Shown piece after piece: positions 39,472 through 52,965 of a stretch of 64,000 bases of DNA. Below the pieces are notes generated by a model. It made no database searches. It had not been told where the DNA came from and was given only the letters and a program-made list of their open reading frames with translations. Position 1 is the stretch's first letter. Every line of letters starts with the position of its first letter. The stretch is from Octopus vulgaris (Eukaryota): positions 81,840,001 through 81,904,000 of the forward strand of contig OX597819.1 in the NCBI GenBank assembly GCA_951406725.2. The letters are read 5' to 3'. The position numbers and the translations under genes are program-made.

Positions 39472-39682
39472 GAAGGTGTGCTGGCAGAACCGTTAGTACG
39501 CGGGGGGAAATAATTAGCGATATTTCGTCCTTTTTTACGTTCCGAGTTCGAATTCCGTTGAGATTGACTTTGCACTTAATCTTTTCAGGGTCGATAAAAT
39601 AAGTACCAGTTGCGCACTGGAGTTGATGTAATCGATTTGCTCCCCCCATCGAATTTGCTGTCCTTGTGCCAACATTTGAAAG
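39472..39682 (+). mobile_element. SINE family B copy
   Basis: CTGGCAGAACCGTTAG...GAGTTCGAATTCCG...GGGTCGATAAAATAAGTACCAGTTGCGCACTGG. Confidence 0.82.
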
Positions 39683-40163
39683 CAATATAAAGTAGTTAAA
39701 AGGTATTTTTGTTTGGAACAATATACAGACAATTCTAGAGCAAATAAAATTAATATTCTTACTATAAACAAGTATTCATACATTCACTGTGCTGGAGAAA
39801 TCAGCTGTAATTTCATTTCGTTTTAGGAAATGAATAATATATACATTTATATAACTGGTTCTTGCTATTGTTTCAATTGTTAATGATAAAGCTTTACTTT
39901 TTATATGATTGCAAAAAAAAAAAACAGGTTACAAAAAACAAAAAAACTAAAAGAAAGGATGTTGAAATAACAACGCTAGTTACATTAAAACAAATGCAAG
40001 ATAATCCTCTCAGCTGATACATCGAATTCATTCGAAGTACATACAGTATATGTATGCGGACTCTTAAAGATATATTTCTTATTTGCATTGACTATCTGTA
40101 AGAAACATCCGTTGTATATACTGCCAAACTGTTGTAGCGACAACAACATCTGCAGGAGTATTT

Positions 40164-40205
<42 letters not shown>

Positions 40206-40361
40206 GTAGTAGTAGTATTTTTCGTTCTTATCGTTGTTGTCATCAACGTCAACAGCAGCCATATTTTTTGTATGATACTTCACATTATCAAACCTACGTT
40301 TTAAATAACATTTCTTAAACAAATGAGTGTCTGATTCATTTAGTGAAATAAATGTACGCTT

Positions 40362-40632
40362 GTATGTATGTATGTATGTATGTATGTATGTATGTATGTA
40401 TGTATGTATGTATGTATGTATGTATGTATGTATGTATGTATGTATGTATGCATGTATGTATGTATGTATGTATGTATGTATGCATGCATGCATGTATGTA
40501 TGTATGTATGTATGTATGTATGTATGTATGTATGTACGTATGTATGTATGTATGTATGTATGTATATATGCATGTATGTATGCATGCATGCATGTATGTA
40601 TGTATGTATGTATGTATGTATGTATGCATGCA
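40362..40632. repeat. (TATG)n microsatellite
   Basis: Long tetranucleotide array with CATG variants. Confidence 0.98.
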
Positions 40633-42170
40633 TTTACGTCATTGATCAGTTTTATTTCAAGATTTCTTGCCAATAGAGAAAGAGCCGGTTTCTAAACTAG
40701 ATTCAAGGCTCCTGAGTTGGAATTTCAGCATCAGCAACAGGGTATCTTTGTTTGTATGTATATATGCAGATTTTTATGCTTTGTTTTATACATGCATTCT
40801 CATGCATATAGTTGCATATCTATAAAAGCTCACATATATTTAAATGATAAACTTCTGGAAAGTTTTACAGATTTTTTACAGTTCCAGTAATGGACTGGAT
40901 TTGTAGTCTTCGAATTAGCTTTCCTCTTTCTGGTTTTGAGAAGCCTAATTTCTCAATTAGTATTGATTGGTATTTAGGCAGTGTGTTACATATCCCAGGG
41001 CCCCAATAAATACATGTATAAATCTGAACTTGTAATCTGGATAAAGTAACTATGTATGTATGTATGTATGTATGTATGTATGTATGTATGTATGTATGTA
41101 TGTATGTAGTAATGAATGTGTATATGTACGCACGTATGTATGTATGTGTGAATATATATATACTCACACATGCACACAAACGTAAACACATGCAGACGCA
41201 CATACATATGTATATACATACACACTTACATGGTGGAATTCAACTCGTGACAAAGTAAGACCGTTTCCTAAATACAGCAAGTCCATGCAAATGTTCCAAG
41301 TGTCCGAGATGTTTCCGTGCTGGAATTTGCTTAGGGTAAATTGTTGCACAGTAGTGAACCCACATTTTAGCGCAATCAGCTCTAAAGACAATGGCTTAAC
41401 AGAGGTTGAGACGCCCAGAAATCAAGTGTACTTCAGTTTCTTTTTACACGAGTTTACCTTCTCCCAAAAGGAAGTATAAACGAGAACTAGGGCTCTTTCA
41501 CTCACTGTGTTTCACATGTTAATTAATCGATAGTTGGAACACCAAGAACTAATACTACTCCGAGTCAGAGTAAACTTGGGAACAATAATACTTAAGAGGT
41601 AGTTCCACACTCCCCAAAACCCTGGAACTCCCGTACCAGGGTTCCACTACCGGATGCAGTTTGAAGTCATGCACAGGACATAACACATATATACATACAT
41701 GCGTGCACAGTCCATACATACATGCACATGCAAATATTCGTTGTATCCAATTAATTCTTTGTATTCAATTTCCCGACAACTGTTGACGAACGCTCGTGAA
41801 TAAATTGGCGTACTGTGGGAATAGCAGCTCCACAACTTAGTTATGACAGCAAATATTGTAGACGTTAATGGTACTGATCTTACAGGATATGTAATTTTGG
41901 CATGATCTAGTAGGATGGTGTTGAGGATGGCAGTGACAAACTTGATGACTGTACAACTGAAAAAGATGCCTTATCCAGAGCCGTTTGAGCAGGAAAAAAT
42001 CCGTCTTAGATTTCTCTCTTACTGACTGAAATAATTCACTGTTGGGTTATGGTAGATTGGGAAGTCCAAAGTCGCAGCGAAAGAAGAATTGAAATTCATA
42101 ATGAAGTTGTTCCAGAGAGTGCATGACTTAGGGTGTAGTCACAGTCAAACGAAAGAAATTGCACTGAACT

Positions 42171-42269
<99 letters not shown>

Positions 42270-42392
42270 ATATATACATACATATTCATTCACACACGCG
42301 CGCGCACACATACACACACACAATCATACACTAATATCGAGCACTGAGCATTAGTGGATAAACATTTTTTGTGGGTTTACAAGGTCACCAAT

Positions 42393-42780
42393 GCTTTCAT
42401 GTGAAGAGATTTTCTTAATTAGTCGAGTGTACCGCATGGAAATGTTTGTACTTGTCTCCATTTTGAATGAGTATAAATCCGGTTACATAAGACTGTAGGG
42501 AATTTCAAAATAAATACGCAGACCACAGGAGATCACTTATAAGAATACCTATATTGCTGTCTCCCTTGAATTAGCCCTAGACTTTTGCTAGAAATCTAGG
42601 GCTAATGCATGGAGGATAGCGATTAATATATACTTATAAGTTACCTGGATTGATTTGAGTATTTATTTTGAAATCCCGTACAGTATCGTGCAAACTCGTG
42701 TATTCTCATACAAAATGGTGACGACATTTCCATATGGTACGCTTAAACTTTTGTGAAGCTCTCTTTACATGAAACATGAT
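42393..42780. mobile_element. Fold-back MITE-like element (~390 bp, aged)
   Basis: Nested complementary arms TTTCATGTGAAGAGA/TCTCTTTACATGAAA, ATTTCAAAATAAATAC/GTATTTATTTTGAAAT and ATTAGCCCTAGA/TCTAGGGCTAAT. Confidence 0.75.
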
Positions 42781-43863
42781 TGATTTGATCTTGTTAACTC
42801 ACAAATAGATTAGTATATATAACGTACATACATGCATACACACACACGTACACACACACACAAACATAAAGACAATAAAAGAAAATGGATAAGAAAAATT
42901 AAAAAGATGCTTGGTTCATTTTATTCGTATTACAATTGGAAAAATAATGCAAATTAAAAGACTAAAAGATTTTAGATAAATATATAGTCCAACTTAAGAA
43001 TAAATTAAAATCAGAACTCTGGTTTAGTGCACAAGAAGCTATAAATTGGTTTAATCGAATAAATAATAAGGATAAACATAGATTTATACAGGTAGATATT
43101 AACAATTCTTCTTCTTCTATAAACCCCATAGTATTAAATAGTGTCCTAGTATTTGCTATGGGCATACTAGCTTGTCTTGTAAAGAAATCAATATAATACC
43201 CACTACTAGAAATTCATTAATAAACTTTGACAACAAACACTGGGCTAGAAAGAATACACCCGACTACTTTGAGATACCTATGGGATCTACTGATTCAGCT
43301 CAGGTCACTGATATTGTAGGTATTTATATTCTGTATAAGTTCAATAATGAATTTCTACAAATAGGTGGAGGTTTATATAGGGACGATACATTATTTATAA
43401 TTAAATATACTAGCAAAAGAAAATTATACGAAAATATGTTATAGATCCTTTAGTACGTTTGGCCTGAAAATTCCTGTAGAAAATAAGTATAGTTCAGTAA
43501 ATGTTTAGATGTCAACTTTAACCAACTCACAGGAAACTATGCACGATATCGCAAATCTAATTCTAAACTAACATATACTAATTATAACAATAATCATACC
43601 CAAATAATTACCAAATGTTAAGTTAAAAATATACAACGTAAAATTAATTACCTCTTATCTAACATAGAAATCTTTGATATGAATAAGGACTATTATAACA
43701 CCGCATTGGATAAGGCAGGATATATACAATAATTAAATTTGAAAATAATGACAACTACCAGACAGTCAACAAGATAAATGGTAAATTGTCTATAGATACA
43801 ATTGAACCTATACTTCAAATTAATAAGCATAACAACAATAATAAAAATAATCATTCAAATAAT

Positions 43864-43900
<37 letters not shown>

Positions 43901-43913
43901 GTAATAATAATAA

Positions 43914-43947
<34 letters not shown>

Positions 43948-43999
43948 TGTTGTAGTAGTAATAGTAGTAGTAGTAATAATAATAATAATAATAATAATA

Positions 44000-44618
44000 G
44001 CTTCACCATTTTGTCCATGGCATATTACCAGCCAATGTACGCTATTAGCCCAGAAGGAATATAAAAGACGCCACGACAATATAGCCAGGCTTGTCCATTG
44101 GACACTTTGCAACAAGTATGGACTTCACAGAGCAAAAATTGGCACAACCACAAACCCGAAGTCATCGTCGAAAATGATAATGCAAAGATCCTGTATATCA
44201 GGCGATCATGAGATAGAGAATAGGAAACCAGAAATAGTCTTAATTGAGAAAGAAAGCAAACTATGCTGGAGCATAGATATAGCATGCCCAACTGACAACA
44301 AGGTAAGCGATAAAGAAGAAAGAAAAGTCGAGAGATATGACAGGTTAGCTTGGGAAGTTAAGCAGTTGTGGTCGATGAAAAAGGTAGCACTAGTACCAAT
44401 AATTGCCGGAGCCCTGGGAACAGTGAGCAAAAATCTCAAGAAGTACGTGGAACAAATAGGGGAGCAATAAGAGTGGAGAACTTGCAGAAAACAGCACTGC
44501 TTGGAACCGTCCGAATACTCCAGAAGGTGCTAGAAAAATAAGAGATGTTACTTTAGTTCACTGGTAGTGAAAAGCTGACACCGCAGTACATCTCCTCCGT
44601 TAGAAGCTGTGCAAAGGC
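44000..44618 (+). mobile_element. R4/Dong-clade LINE 3' fragment (restriction-like endonuclease) in (AAT)n
   Basis: HITSQC...YKRRHDNIARLVHW...RKPEIV...IDIACP...KVERY...VPIIAGALG...KTALLGT, flanked by (AAT)n on both sides. Confidence 0.88.
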
Positions 44619-44703
<85 letters not shown>

Positions 44704-44706
<3 letters not shown>

Positions 44707-45260
44707 GCCCTGATGCAGTACCAGGCAGTGGCTCTCATGGCTTCTGATCTTAACTGATTGGAAGTGTTATCATGTACATTGTTTTGTCTTGGTATAAAAG
44801 ATGGGCTACAGAAAATATTCTGCTCAATACCACAGATTTGCTTGTCAGTTGTTTGACTTTAACCAGTTGAGCATGTCCCTTAGTGGCTGACGATATGTGC
44901 ATCTCTGATCACGAGCAGAAGTAGTGGGGGAGCATCATAGCCATGTGTTGAGAGGGATTCTTTGGGGTTTGAATAATTCACCTCTGGAAACATGGGTGGT
45001 TCTTTCAACATCCTTAAACAACCCTTATTCAGGGACCTTTTGAGCGGGATGGGCTACTCAACCAGAAGAAAATTCTAACTGGGCCCCACCTGCAAGGTCA
45101 TGTGCTGTTTATCTTTTTATGAGATCACTATGTCGCGCACATATGGTTGTGATGCATGTGCCTGGTGTACCCTTATCAGACGGGTGGTCATGATGGGTAT
45201 ATTGGGCTTCGTATATTTTACCCCAGTGTCACTTTGATGGCATGAACTGCTCTCTCACTC
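44704..45260 (+). mobile_element. Non-coding structured interspersed element inserted in (AAT)n
   Basis: GC-richer ~555-bp block sharply bounded by (AAT)n, with no ORF and several G-U-containing stems on the + strand. Confidence 0.6.
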
Positions 45261-45317
<57 letters not shown>

Positions 45318-46038
45318 CAGAAGAAGAAGAAGAAGAAAAAGAAGTAGAAGAAGAAGAAGAAGAAGCAGCAGCAGCAGCAGAAGAAGAAGAAGAAAAAAAT
45401 CTCTATAATACTAAATCCAACTACAAAACTAATAAATGCTTTAAACGTAAGAAACTTAGGCCATAAATAAAATGTATACCTGATAATAACCATAAACGCC
45501 ACAAAAATCATAACAACAACAACAACAACAATAATATAATTTGGCTTATGGAAAACAAATAAAGATAAGCCTTATTAAAGTAATTCGTTCATAAACATTT
45601 TACTTCTAGTAACTACGGTACCATAATTAATAATAATTCAATAAGGATAAGATTTTCTATTACTAACATTAAACTTGAAGAGTATTATATAAATAGAAGT
45701 ACTCCCACTCTAACTAGGAACACATATGCTGCTCAAACTGACTCTAATATTGTATTTAGAAGAAACAGTAATGCTAATACCGACACTGGCAATAATAATC
45801 TAAATGCTTTATGTGACTGTAAAGTTAAGGCAAATTGTAGATTTAACAATTACTGAAAACGCAAAAACCTAGTAAACCAAGCCACAGTTGAATCTGAAGG
45901 TCAATATTTTTACCAACTTGGAGCAACAGCGTGTTGCGTGAAATATCGTACCACGAACCATGGAGCCTCATTTTGAAATATTAATAATCGTAATAGCACA
46001 GGACTTATTGAATTTATTTGGAAAGACATAGATAGTAA

Positions 46039-46394
46039 TCTATATATAATCGGCAAGATGTCTGTGTGTGTGTCCTTTATACAAATCCACAATTTGTCAG
46101 GTAGAGGGCTCGCACTTTCCATGGTCATTCAAAACTGTTCAAGGGTGGTCGTGCACATCTTTACATTTCCCCAGTAACCCCGCACAGCCATTAAAAATCA
46201 ATAGAAGTGACTTTTTTTGTGAATTTTCTATCCAAAACCTAATCAAAATGCCCGAAACTTGATACGCCAATTGAATGCCAGCTATCTGTATGTGATTGGC
46301 CGGAGATTTGGACAGTACTCGCGTGTATGTGCACACGCAGCTGTATATGCATGCACTAGCGCTATTACCCGGCGTTGCCAGGTCATAGTGCTAG
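46039..46394 (+). mobile_element. Complete non-autonomous Helitron
   Basis: A^TCTATATATAA...TGTCTGTGTG 5' end, hairpin ACCCGGCGTTGCCAGGT and 3' CTAG^T. It splits the PLE endonuclease coding sequence. Confidence 0.8.
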
Positions 46395-46806
46395 TTAAAC
46401 CTACAAAATCATATGGAAACGTCTAAATAATGCTCGAACTTATAAACCATCAACTAAGACATGTTCGCTCTGCCTTGATGAAACGTATCAAATCCTTTTC
46501 TCTTAGCACAATCTGTTGAATGATAAATCAGAAAAAGTTTACCAATGTTTACATGCACATAAATATACTTTTTCTAAATTCATATAATTATATAATTATA
46601 TGACTATATATTTATATAATTACATATTTGTTTTCCACCTTCATTTCCCTATATTATATAACATGAAAATGAATTGCATATTACACTACCATATTACTGT
46701 TGTATATATTTACAACCTATATTGTTGGTGAATATAATTGCTTCCTAATCACACGTTCCAATATATATATATCCTGTTGTTTTTTTAATTCTCTCTCTCT
46801 CTCTCT

Positions 46807-46860
<54 letters not shown>

Positions 46861-46960
46861 TTGGAATAAAAGTATATATATAACACCCATTGTTAACTCC
46901 TACCTTACTTATACTCCATGTAACTTACCTATGCCCAATTTTTACTTCAACTTATATATG

Positions 46961-47255
46961 TATATTGTATAAAGGATCGTGGGTAAGGCCAGGTCAATGC
47001 GAAGTAAATGCAAGGCAAATCACAAGAAAACAAATATATGAATTAATGTAGACTTGACTTGCATTCAATATTTTGGGGTTATGACCCCATTTCAAGAAAT
47101 TAAAGAATATTGCCATTTCTTGAAAATGGGGTCATAACCCCGAAATATTAAATGCAGGGTAAGTCTACATTAATTCATATATTTGTTTTCTTGTGATTTG
47201 CCTTGCATTTACTTCGCATTGTTCTGGCCTTACCGACGATCCTTTATACAATATA
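46961..47255. mobile_element. Near-perfect fold-back element (~140-bp arms, 14-nt loop)
   Basis: TATATTGTATAAAGGATCG...TGACCCCATTTCAAGAAAT pairs with ATTTCTTGAAAATGGGGTCA...CGATCCTTTATACAATATA. Confidence 0.9.
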
Positions 47256-47284
47256 TCCTACACAATGCTTCATAGTAATTATTC

Positions 47285-47330
<46 letters not shown>

Positions 47331-47350
47331 ACATATATATACACACACAT

Positions 47351-48152
47351 TCACCAGGCCTACAAGTAAAGTATACAAGATAGACGAAAGATGGAAGGGA
47401 TACTGGGAGGTGGCCACGGACTTGGAAAGACAAGTAATATTTCCACTAATAAAAACAACAAAAAGACCGGATTTAGTCCTATGGAACAGAGACCGGAGAA
47501 TAGGAATTTTCTTAGAACTGACAGTACCTTGGGAAGAGAACATCGGCAATGCAGAGGAACGAAAGGAGAAGAGATACGAAAAGCTAATCGAAGAATGCAG
47601 AGAACAGGGATGGAATGTCGAATATTATCACCTGGCAGTGGGGGCTAGAGGCTTCATTGAAAGGAAAATGACAACGCTTTTCAAAAGATGATTTGTTTTT
47701 TCTAGCTCCGAGCTGCGAAAATTAATAAGGAGAGTACAGGAGGCGGTCGAAAAAGCCAGTTTCTATATATGGCTGAAGCGGGAAGACCGAAAAGGGCTTG
47801 AAAGTCATAACATGCCGGCGGGAAATAACATCGTTAGGTGAGACAAGCTGACACTGAATCAGCTTCGCTGACTGACAGGCGACCGTCGTTTAGAGAATGC
47901 GCGGGCTAAAACTACGCGCCTTCACTAGTCAGTTAAGGTGAGACAGTGTCACGTGACAACTTGCTGGGGCTGCGTGCTGGAAGTATTTAAAGGGAAAAAT
48001 TTGATAAGTCAGAGGCCAGGGAACAGAAGAAAGAAGAAGAAAGAATACATGCACCCAACACCAGAGCTGAAGACATCTTCGAAAGGGGAGGGGGGGGCGC
48101 CACGTCAAAACAGTAGAGGAGTAGGGGCCGAAACCGGATGTGGTTCCTCCTG
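47351..48152 (+). mobile_element. Hero-type (R2-group) LINE 3' fragment, RLE endonuclease plus 3' UTR
   Basis: KRPDLVLW...FLELTVPWEENIGNAEERKEKRYEKL...AVGARGF...AVEKASFYIWLKR with one in-frame stop. Confidence 0.85.
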
Positions 48153-49233
48153 ATAATGTCGTGAACTAACTGGATCCTATAAAGGACCTGTTCTGGTAGC
48201 AGACCACGAAACACGGTTGTAATTCCCCTTCCTATATTGGTTTTAGCAACATATTCTATACTCAACCACTTAATTTTTCTCATATTTAGAACACCCATAT
48301 AAGCCACATTTTAAATAACAAATAATTAATAATAGTACAATTATTTATTATAACAATCGTTATATAAACCACATTTAACACCAATATATAAATTTAAATA
48401 TATATAATATAAGCATAAGTATAAATTTTACCTATTGATCTCTTAATCTTGTAATTATATCCTTCAATAATTTACTTTAATTTTGCTTTAACCCTTACTA
48501 CTAATCTATAATATCTATCTTATTGTTAAATAGAATAGAAATATAATTAACATTAAAAACCTCCAAATCTATATATTTTTAAATACAACTCCATTTTTAC
48601 ATAAATGCTGTATTATTTTTATACAATTTATATTTTAAATACACAATGTTTTTTCTTCGAACTCCGGAATTTGTATCCTAACTAATTTGATTCCTAAATA
48701 ACGCCATCCGTCTTTCTACCTTCTCCCTTACATAAACCTTTATATATATAAATATAATACATATATTTTTTAAAAATAGATTCGATGCATTTGTAGCATT
48801 TTAATGTTCAATACTAACTACATTTCTAATCACATGAACTCTGCGTCTTTCAAAGTAGTTTATTTAGGTTTGAAAATTCTTAAACATAGTCCTCAAATAA
48901 GTCATTTCATAACTCAATACTAATATATACTTATTTTTCCTGAAGAGATTTATGCCGCTTATTACATCTTTAAAAGTTACAATTACTAATGATTCTAAAA
49001 TATTTTTGTATTGAGACAAATGGTGAATATCTTTTTGGATATGTTGGGGTTATTTTGTTGATGCAGTTCATTTTATATTTGTTCCGGTTCCTTTTAAACT
49101 TGTTCTTATAGGTATATATTTTAATCTTTTAATTTACATTATTTTTCCAATTGTAATACAAATAAAATGAACCAAGCATCTTTTTAATTTTTCTTCTCCA
49201 TTTTTCTTTTATCGACTTTTTAATTTTATGAGA

Positions 49234-49291
<58 letters not shown>

Positions 49292-49385
49292 AGAAACTTT
49301 CTATCAATATATTTGATTAAACCCAGTTGGCATCAGGATTGTTTTTAACAAGCCATTACGCAGATATTGTTTCCTCCGAGTCTGA

Positions 49386-49441
<56 letters not shown>

Positions 49442-51107
49442 TATATATAAACTTTATATATATATATAAAATTCGTATTAATATTTGATTTAAGCTGCTG
49501 GCCTTTGACATTTGAAGACTGGGCATTTGTTCATTGGTGGTTGAATTATCAAAGAATAGGCCGTACATTCAGAACTGGTGAATTCAGCTTTTGATTGCAT
49601 TTATCATGCTTACAAGAGGAACAAGAACAATCGTTGATAATACATATATTCAGAATTTCGGGAATGACAAAGCTGAACTGACTGCAACGACGTCTGCTCC
49701 TCTGAACAAGAAGGTCAATATATAGTCAAGTAATTTCAGGCTTAGTCTAAATCATAAAATAAGATACTTGTAAATAAGAAAAGTGCAACAAATGCTGACA
49801 TGAATAACAAACAATACCGGAATCTATGTTGCTGTTAAAGCAAATGCTTTGCACATTGTTATTTGGAGGCAGGTTGAGCAGCTGAGATATTAATTAAAGA
49901 CCAATAACGTTAAAGTTGCAATAGGAACAGTGTAGTTAAATAAATTAAACTATAATGTGTATTATCAAAAAAAAAAAAAAAAGAAAGGAAAGAAAAGATA
50001 GCATTAATGAAACTCGCCAACACCTTTTCTATCAGTACCATTAGTGTATACATATCTGAATTAACGTAAGAATGAAAATGTTTTCTTAAAATAATGTCTG
50101 TAAATTGTACACTCTTTAAATAAAGTTTGACAGATACTTGTAAAATTAAACTGAAACAGAATAATTTGTTCTGTGAAAGCTAAATATGATAATTGATTCC
50201 GTAAATAATGATTGGAAACTTAATATTGACAAATAAAAGTTTAGAATAATTAGATGAAACCTCTGTTTAAACTCTTATTTGAGAAATTAGATCGTTGGAT
50301 AGCATTATTAATTATAAATTTTTATATTCTGAATTATCAACATAACAGGGTCGATAAAACAAGTACCAGTTAAGTACTGGTTTGATTAAATTGACTGTAC
50401 CTTAGTCTCTAAATTTCCACCCTTGTCCCAATTTTAAAATAACGATTAATCCGCTTAATTTTACTGATATTGAAATTCTTAGAATAATTTATAACAGAAA
50501 AATGTTTAGAATTAGCTACTCATATAGAAGTATAACTTGTGTCAGTAGACAAAGCATTAATAAGTAGCCGGATGTGTTGGAGGATGCAGGTGAAAAATCA
50601 TATAAAATATTACTAAAATATATCAGAACATCATTTAGTGTACTGCAGCATCTGCTCATAATTTTTATGACTATTCTGTAGAAATATAGCTGCTAGCAAG
50701 AGCGCTTACCTGGTCTTCTGTCATCTCTAATCTTTGATTTACGTTAATTACTATATTCTGGTTGTATATGTCTTGATGTGATACAGTAAAGCAAAATATA
50801 TTTGCGGATGGGTTAGAGATTCTATTCAGCAACTCACATTCTTTATCATTGTATAGGTTCGTATTACATTTCTCTTTGCAAGAAAATAAATTATCACCAG
50901 TAATTTGAAATCTATTGATGCACAATACCTTTTATTATCCTAACATCCATAATTATGTATCGTAATAAACAAATTTGAACCCACGTCTGTCCAGAACTTA
51001 TTCATGGAGACACAGTTGAAAATATTATTTCGTTAAATCATAGAGATTCGCCTATTGAAACATAAAAGTTTAGGCATGTTACATTTATATATTTAAAATC
51101 ACAATTC

Positions 51108-51240
51108 TAATTTTGGGACAAGCTCAGCAATTTCAGGGGAGGAGGCTAGTCGATTACTTCAACCCCAGTATTTGAATGCTACTTCATTGATCCTAAAATA
51201 TGAAAGGTAAAGGTGACCTCGTCGGCATTTGCACTCCGAC
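51108..51240 (-). mobile_element. Decayed SINE family B fragment
   Basis: TAGTCGATTACTTCAACCCCAGT...ATGAAAGGTAAAGGTGACCTCG. Confidence 0.65.
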
Positions 51241-51889
51241 CAATAACTACCATTATGAACACGACTCAAAATAAAGGAATTCGATTTCATACGAAACCCT
51301 ACATTTAGGGGAAAGAGGAAATGCAATATTCTGTTTATGCCTTGCTCAAGGGAATTGACGTAAAGTAGTTGAAGGATGCAGAGAGTGAACTTAAAGTAAT
51401 AGGTATTTGAAGATAACCTGTAGAATATGCTAAATTCTTGATCCAGGGCTCTTGTCAAAGTGTGACTTAAAATGTTAATAAAGTTCAACATTGCAAAGAA
51501 AAACCTGAATGAAGCCATAAACTTTTTTGTGGAGAATGGCGATTTGACGTCTATATCTAGCATGTTGACTGTCCACTTTTCGTGTGCAGTCCTTAATTGG
51601 TATATATAAATATTTTAATCTTCGGATTCTTTTTTAATATGCTAGACCACTGGTTCTAATTGATAAATATCAATTTTTACCCTAAATTTAATTTTATAAA
51701 TACTTGTTCTCTAACCGATAAATTAACTGCTGCTAACTATTAGCTGCAGGCTAATTTTCTCGGGTCTCATCGCGCCAAAAGTGGTGGCATTTGAAATATA
51801 TATTTCAAATGTAATAGGCCGGACTCCATGCACGCGATATTTTGGTGTCGTGTTGGCATTTAGTCCAGCAAATTACATTTTATATGGGA

Positions 51890-51954
51890 CCATGCTGATG
51901 ATGCTGCACTTTTCCTTGCGGAAAATAACAGCTGAAACTAAATTTAGTACATGG
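51890..51954 (+). ncRNA. Type I hammerhead ribozyme, copy 1
   Basis: CCATG-CTGATGA-TGCTG...CAGCT-GAAA-CTAAATTTAG-TA-CATGG, with predicted cleavage after A51949. Confidence 0.85.
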
Positions 51955-52394
51955 GTAAATATTTATTTCGTATATTTTTCACTTGTTTATTACTTTGGTT
52001 TTGTTGAGTTTGATCTGAGAACATAAACTTTTTTGTGGAGAATGGCGATTTGACGTCTATATCTAGCATGTTGACTGTCCACTTTTCGTGTGCAGTCCTT
52101 AATTGGTATATATAAATATTTTAATCTTCGGATTCTTTTTAATATGCTAGACCACTGGTTCTAATTGATAAATATCAATGTTTACCCTAAATTTAATTTT
52201 ATAAATATTTGTTCTCTAACCGATAAATTAACTGCTACTAACTATTAGCTGCAGGCTAATTTTCTCGGGTCTCATCGCGCCAAAAGTGGTGGCATTTGAA
52301 ATATATATTTCAAATGTAATAGGCCCGACTCCATGCACGCGATATTTTGGTGTCGTGTTGGCATTTAGTCCAGCAAATTACATTTTATATGGGA

Positions 52395-52459
52395 CCATGC
52401 TGATGATGCTGCACTTTTCCTTGCGGAAAATAACAGCTGAAACTAAATTTAGTACATGG
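52395..52459 (+). ncRNA. Type I hammerhead ribozyme, copy 2
   Basis: Identical to copy 1, with predicted cleavage after A52454. Confidence 0.85.
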
Positions 52460-52900
52460 GTAAATATTTATTTCGTATATTTTTCACTTGTTTATTACTT
52501 TGGTTTTGTTGAGTTTGATCTGAGAACATAAACTTTTTTGTGGAGAATGGCGATTTGACGTCTATATCTAGCATGTTGACTGTCCACTTTTCGTGTGCAG
52601 TCCTTAATTGGTATATATAAATATTTTAATCTTCGGATTCTTTTTTAATATGCTAGACCACTGGTTCTAATTGATAAATATCAATTTTTACCCTAAATTT
52701 AATTTTATAAATATTTGTTCTCTAACCGATAAATTAACTGCTGCTAACTATTAGCTGCAGGCTAATTTTCTCGGGTCTCATCGCGCCAAAAGTGGTGGCA
52801 TTTGAAATATATATTTCAAATGTAATAGGCCGGACTCCATGCACGCGATATTTTGGTGTCGTGTTGGCATTTAGTCCAGCAAATTACATTTTATATGGGA

Positions 52901-52965
52901 CCATGCTGATGATGCTGCACTTTTCCTTGCGGAAAATAACAGCTGAAACTAAATTTAGTACATGG
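52901..52965 (+). ncRNA. Type I hammerhead ribozyme, copy 3
   Basis: Identical to copy 1, with predicted cleavage after A52960. Confidence 0.85.

Larger units (their letters stand above)
42900..46560 (+). mobile_element. Decayed Penelope-like element with nested insertions
   Basis: FIQVDINN, FEIPMGSTDSAQVTDIVGIYIL, GGLYRDD and LDVNF. After the inserts come a GIY-YIG-like segment and C-terminal YKPSTKTCSLCLDE. Confidence 0.78.

Noticed and set aside
40203-40695. Low-complexity ORFs (YIHT, MYVC, IYIY, poly-K/S/F/L here and throughout, e.g. 56412-56890)
   Set aside because: Translations of microsatellites.
41530-41680. Possible additional interspersed repeat
   Set aside because: Looks repeat-like but is single-copy in the window with no diagnostic ends, so it cannot be classified.
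45120-45230. HDV-like ribozyme on the minus strand of the structured element
   Set aside because: P4 and GCGA look-alikes exist, but L3/P1.1 do not fit and G-U patterns favour folding of the + strand.
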